Part shown: piece by piece, positions 36,326 to 37,253 of the stretch | Layout of the letters: each line of letters opens with the position of its first letter | Numbering within the stretch: position 1 is the stretch's first letter | Virus record (IMG/VR): IMGVR_UViG_3300020584_000002 | Location: 1-37,253 of that record | DNA from: a virus | Taxonomy: Duplodnaviria > Caudoviricetes | Reading direction: 5' to 3' (one strand) | Length of the DNA stretch: 37,253 nucleotides | Translations under genes and position numbers: made by a program | The notes under the pieces: generated by a model | The model's database searches: none | What the model saw: only the letters and a program-made list of their open reading frames with translations | What the model was told of the DNA's origin: nothing

Positions 36326-36425
36326 GTTTAATGAGGGGGCATGGGTAAGCGACCCCAGAGGAATATGCTTTTTAACTCGAACCTCCCCTCTTTCACTTTC
36401 CGTTAACTAATTTCTATTAACTAAC

Positions 36426-36920
36426 ATGGAACAGACCAAACATCAAATCAATTTACCCGAAGCTGAGATACATATGCTTATCTCTAGTTACGAGGTTAAA
36501 TTAAAAAAATTGATAGTACCTTTACAAAGGTATGAAACTGGAATCGTCATCCAAACTTGGTTGGCAGATGAAAAAAATCTCAGAAGATCTAACTCTTACT
36601 GGAGATGCGTACCAGTTAAATTTAAAAACAGAATGGCAGATTATCACAATTATGTCGTTGATAAAGCTCCAGATCCGTTAACTGACGTTGTTTACACAAG
36701 AAGATTTAGAAATTCAAGTGTATTTCGTGAATGGTATCTAACAGAGATTAGACACAGATACAACGAGATCTATGCAAGGATTATGCAATTAGCACAATTC
36801 GTTGGATATGATTACAGCCATTTAGTTGGACAGCTTAACTTCTCAGATTTAGAGCAAGCAAGCATGGATTGGTATTTAGAACGTAATGCTAGACCACCAT
36901 TAGTTAGAGGTGGTGTATGA
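36426..36920 (+). CDS. Early hypothetical protein (164 aa)
   Basis: ORF track; first gene after the promoter and structured leader. Confidence 0.75.
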   Translation: MEQTKHQINLPEAEIHMLISSYEVKLKKLIVPLQRYETGIVIQTWLADEKNLRRSNSYWRCVPVKFKNRMADYHNYVVDKAPDPLTDVVYTRRFRNSSVFREWYLTEIRHRYNEIYARIMQLAQFVGYDYSHLVGQLNFSDLEQASMDWYLERNARPPLVRGGV

Positions 36921-36994
36921 CTACGTTTATCGTATGGGGATGCATAAGCATCCTCATTTTTATTTTCTTAAAAAATACTATCAACCATCCTTGA
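36917..36994 (+). CDS. 25-aa hydrophobic peptide MTTFIVWGCISILIFIFLKNTINHP
   Basis: GAGGTGG SD, ATGA overlap, fills the gap exactly to the next ATG. Confidence 0.55.
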   Translation: MTTFIVWGCISILIFIFLKNTINHP

Positions 36995-36995
36995 C

Positions 36996-37232
36996 ATGAA
37001 AAATTTTACATCACAAACAATTCAAGACCATGAAGGTAAAAACCCATGGCAGTTTTCAGTAGACACCACTAGAAAAGCATTTTATAAAATGTTAGAGAGA
37101 GATGACGATTGTGTAGCAAACGTCTTTGATTTAGTTTTTAGTGAGTTAACTATTGCTCAGATGGAAAACATCAATGACAATATTGATGCAAAAATTTGGA
37201 AGGAAATTTATTTAGAGGAGAAAGGCCAATGA
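36996..37232 (+). CDS. Acidic hypothetical protein (78 aa)
   Basis: ORF track. Confidence 0.7.
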   Translation: MKNFTSQTIQDHEGKNPWQFSVDTTRKAFYKMLERDDDCVANVFDLVFSELTIAQMENINDNIDAKIWKEIYLEEKGQ

Positions 37233-37253
37233 GATGCTTTACTATCAAAGTTT
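37229..37253 (+). CDS. Start of a gene truncated by the window edge
   Basis: GAGGAG SD, ATGA overlap, frame open to the end (MRCFTIKV). Confidence 0.5.

Noticed and set aside
36333-36395. tRNA or tmRNA fragment (GGGGGC start, CTCGAACC T-loop-like sequence)
   Set aside because: Cannot be folded into a cloverleaf; no anticodon arm or CCA end; kept only as a structured leader.
1-37253. CRISPR array, integrase/att site, photosynthesis auxiliary genes, DNA or RNA polymerase
   Set aside because: No regularly spaced repeats or recognisable motifs; replication and lysogeny genes, if any, lie outside the window, so lifestyle cannot be called.

Overview
AT-rich tailed-phage DNA covering the whole morphogenesis module and part of the early/control region of a podovirus with a Bordetella phage BPP-1-type head and tail gene set. 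The set comprises the portal, scaffold, major capsid and cement proteins, tail tubular A/B, three internal (ejected) virion proteins, a tail adaptor and a 2162-aa fibre. Several tiny genes resemble those of marine cyanophages, so a Prochlorococcus-like host is plausible (inference). Structural genes lie on the minus strand, but two plus-strand islands (terL plus a 2OG-Fe(II) hydroxylase; a membrane/secreted-protein trio) sit inverted among them. Main points of interest: (1) a 2896-aa injected polyvalent protein carrying two ADP-ribosyltransferase-like domains, an HhH-glycosylase-like domain and an HExxH peptidase, with an apparently real gene overprinted in the +1 frame over the second ART domain (perfect SD, skewed codon usage); (2) a four-copy late-promoter motif GTGTRACCGTAA-N16-TAnnnT; (3) apparent complete avoidance of CCWGG, together with a Mu Mom-like DNA-modification gene coupled to a zinc-ribbon ORF; (4) a cupredoxin-like domain nested in the tail fibre; (5) several structured non-coding elements. 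No replication genes, integrase, reverse transcriptase or CRISPR array are seen. All homology calls come from motif recognition, not database searches.
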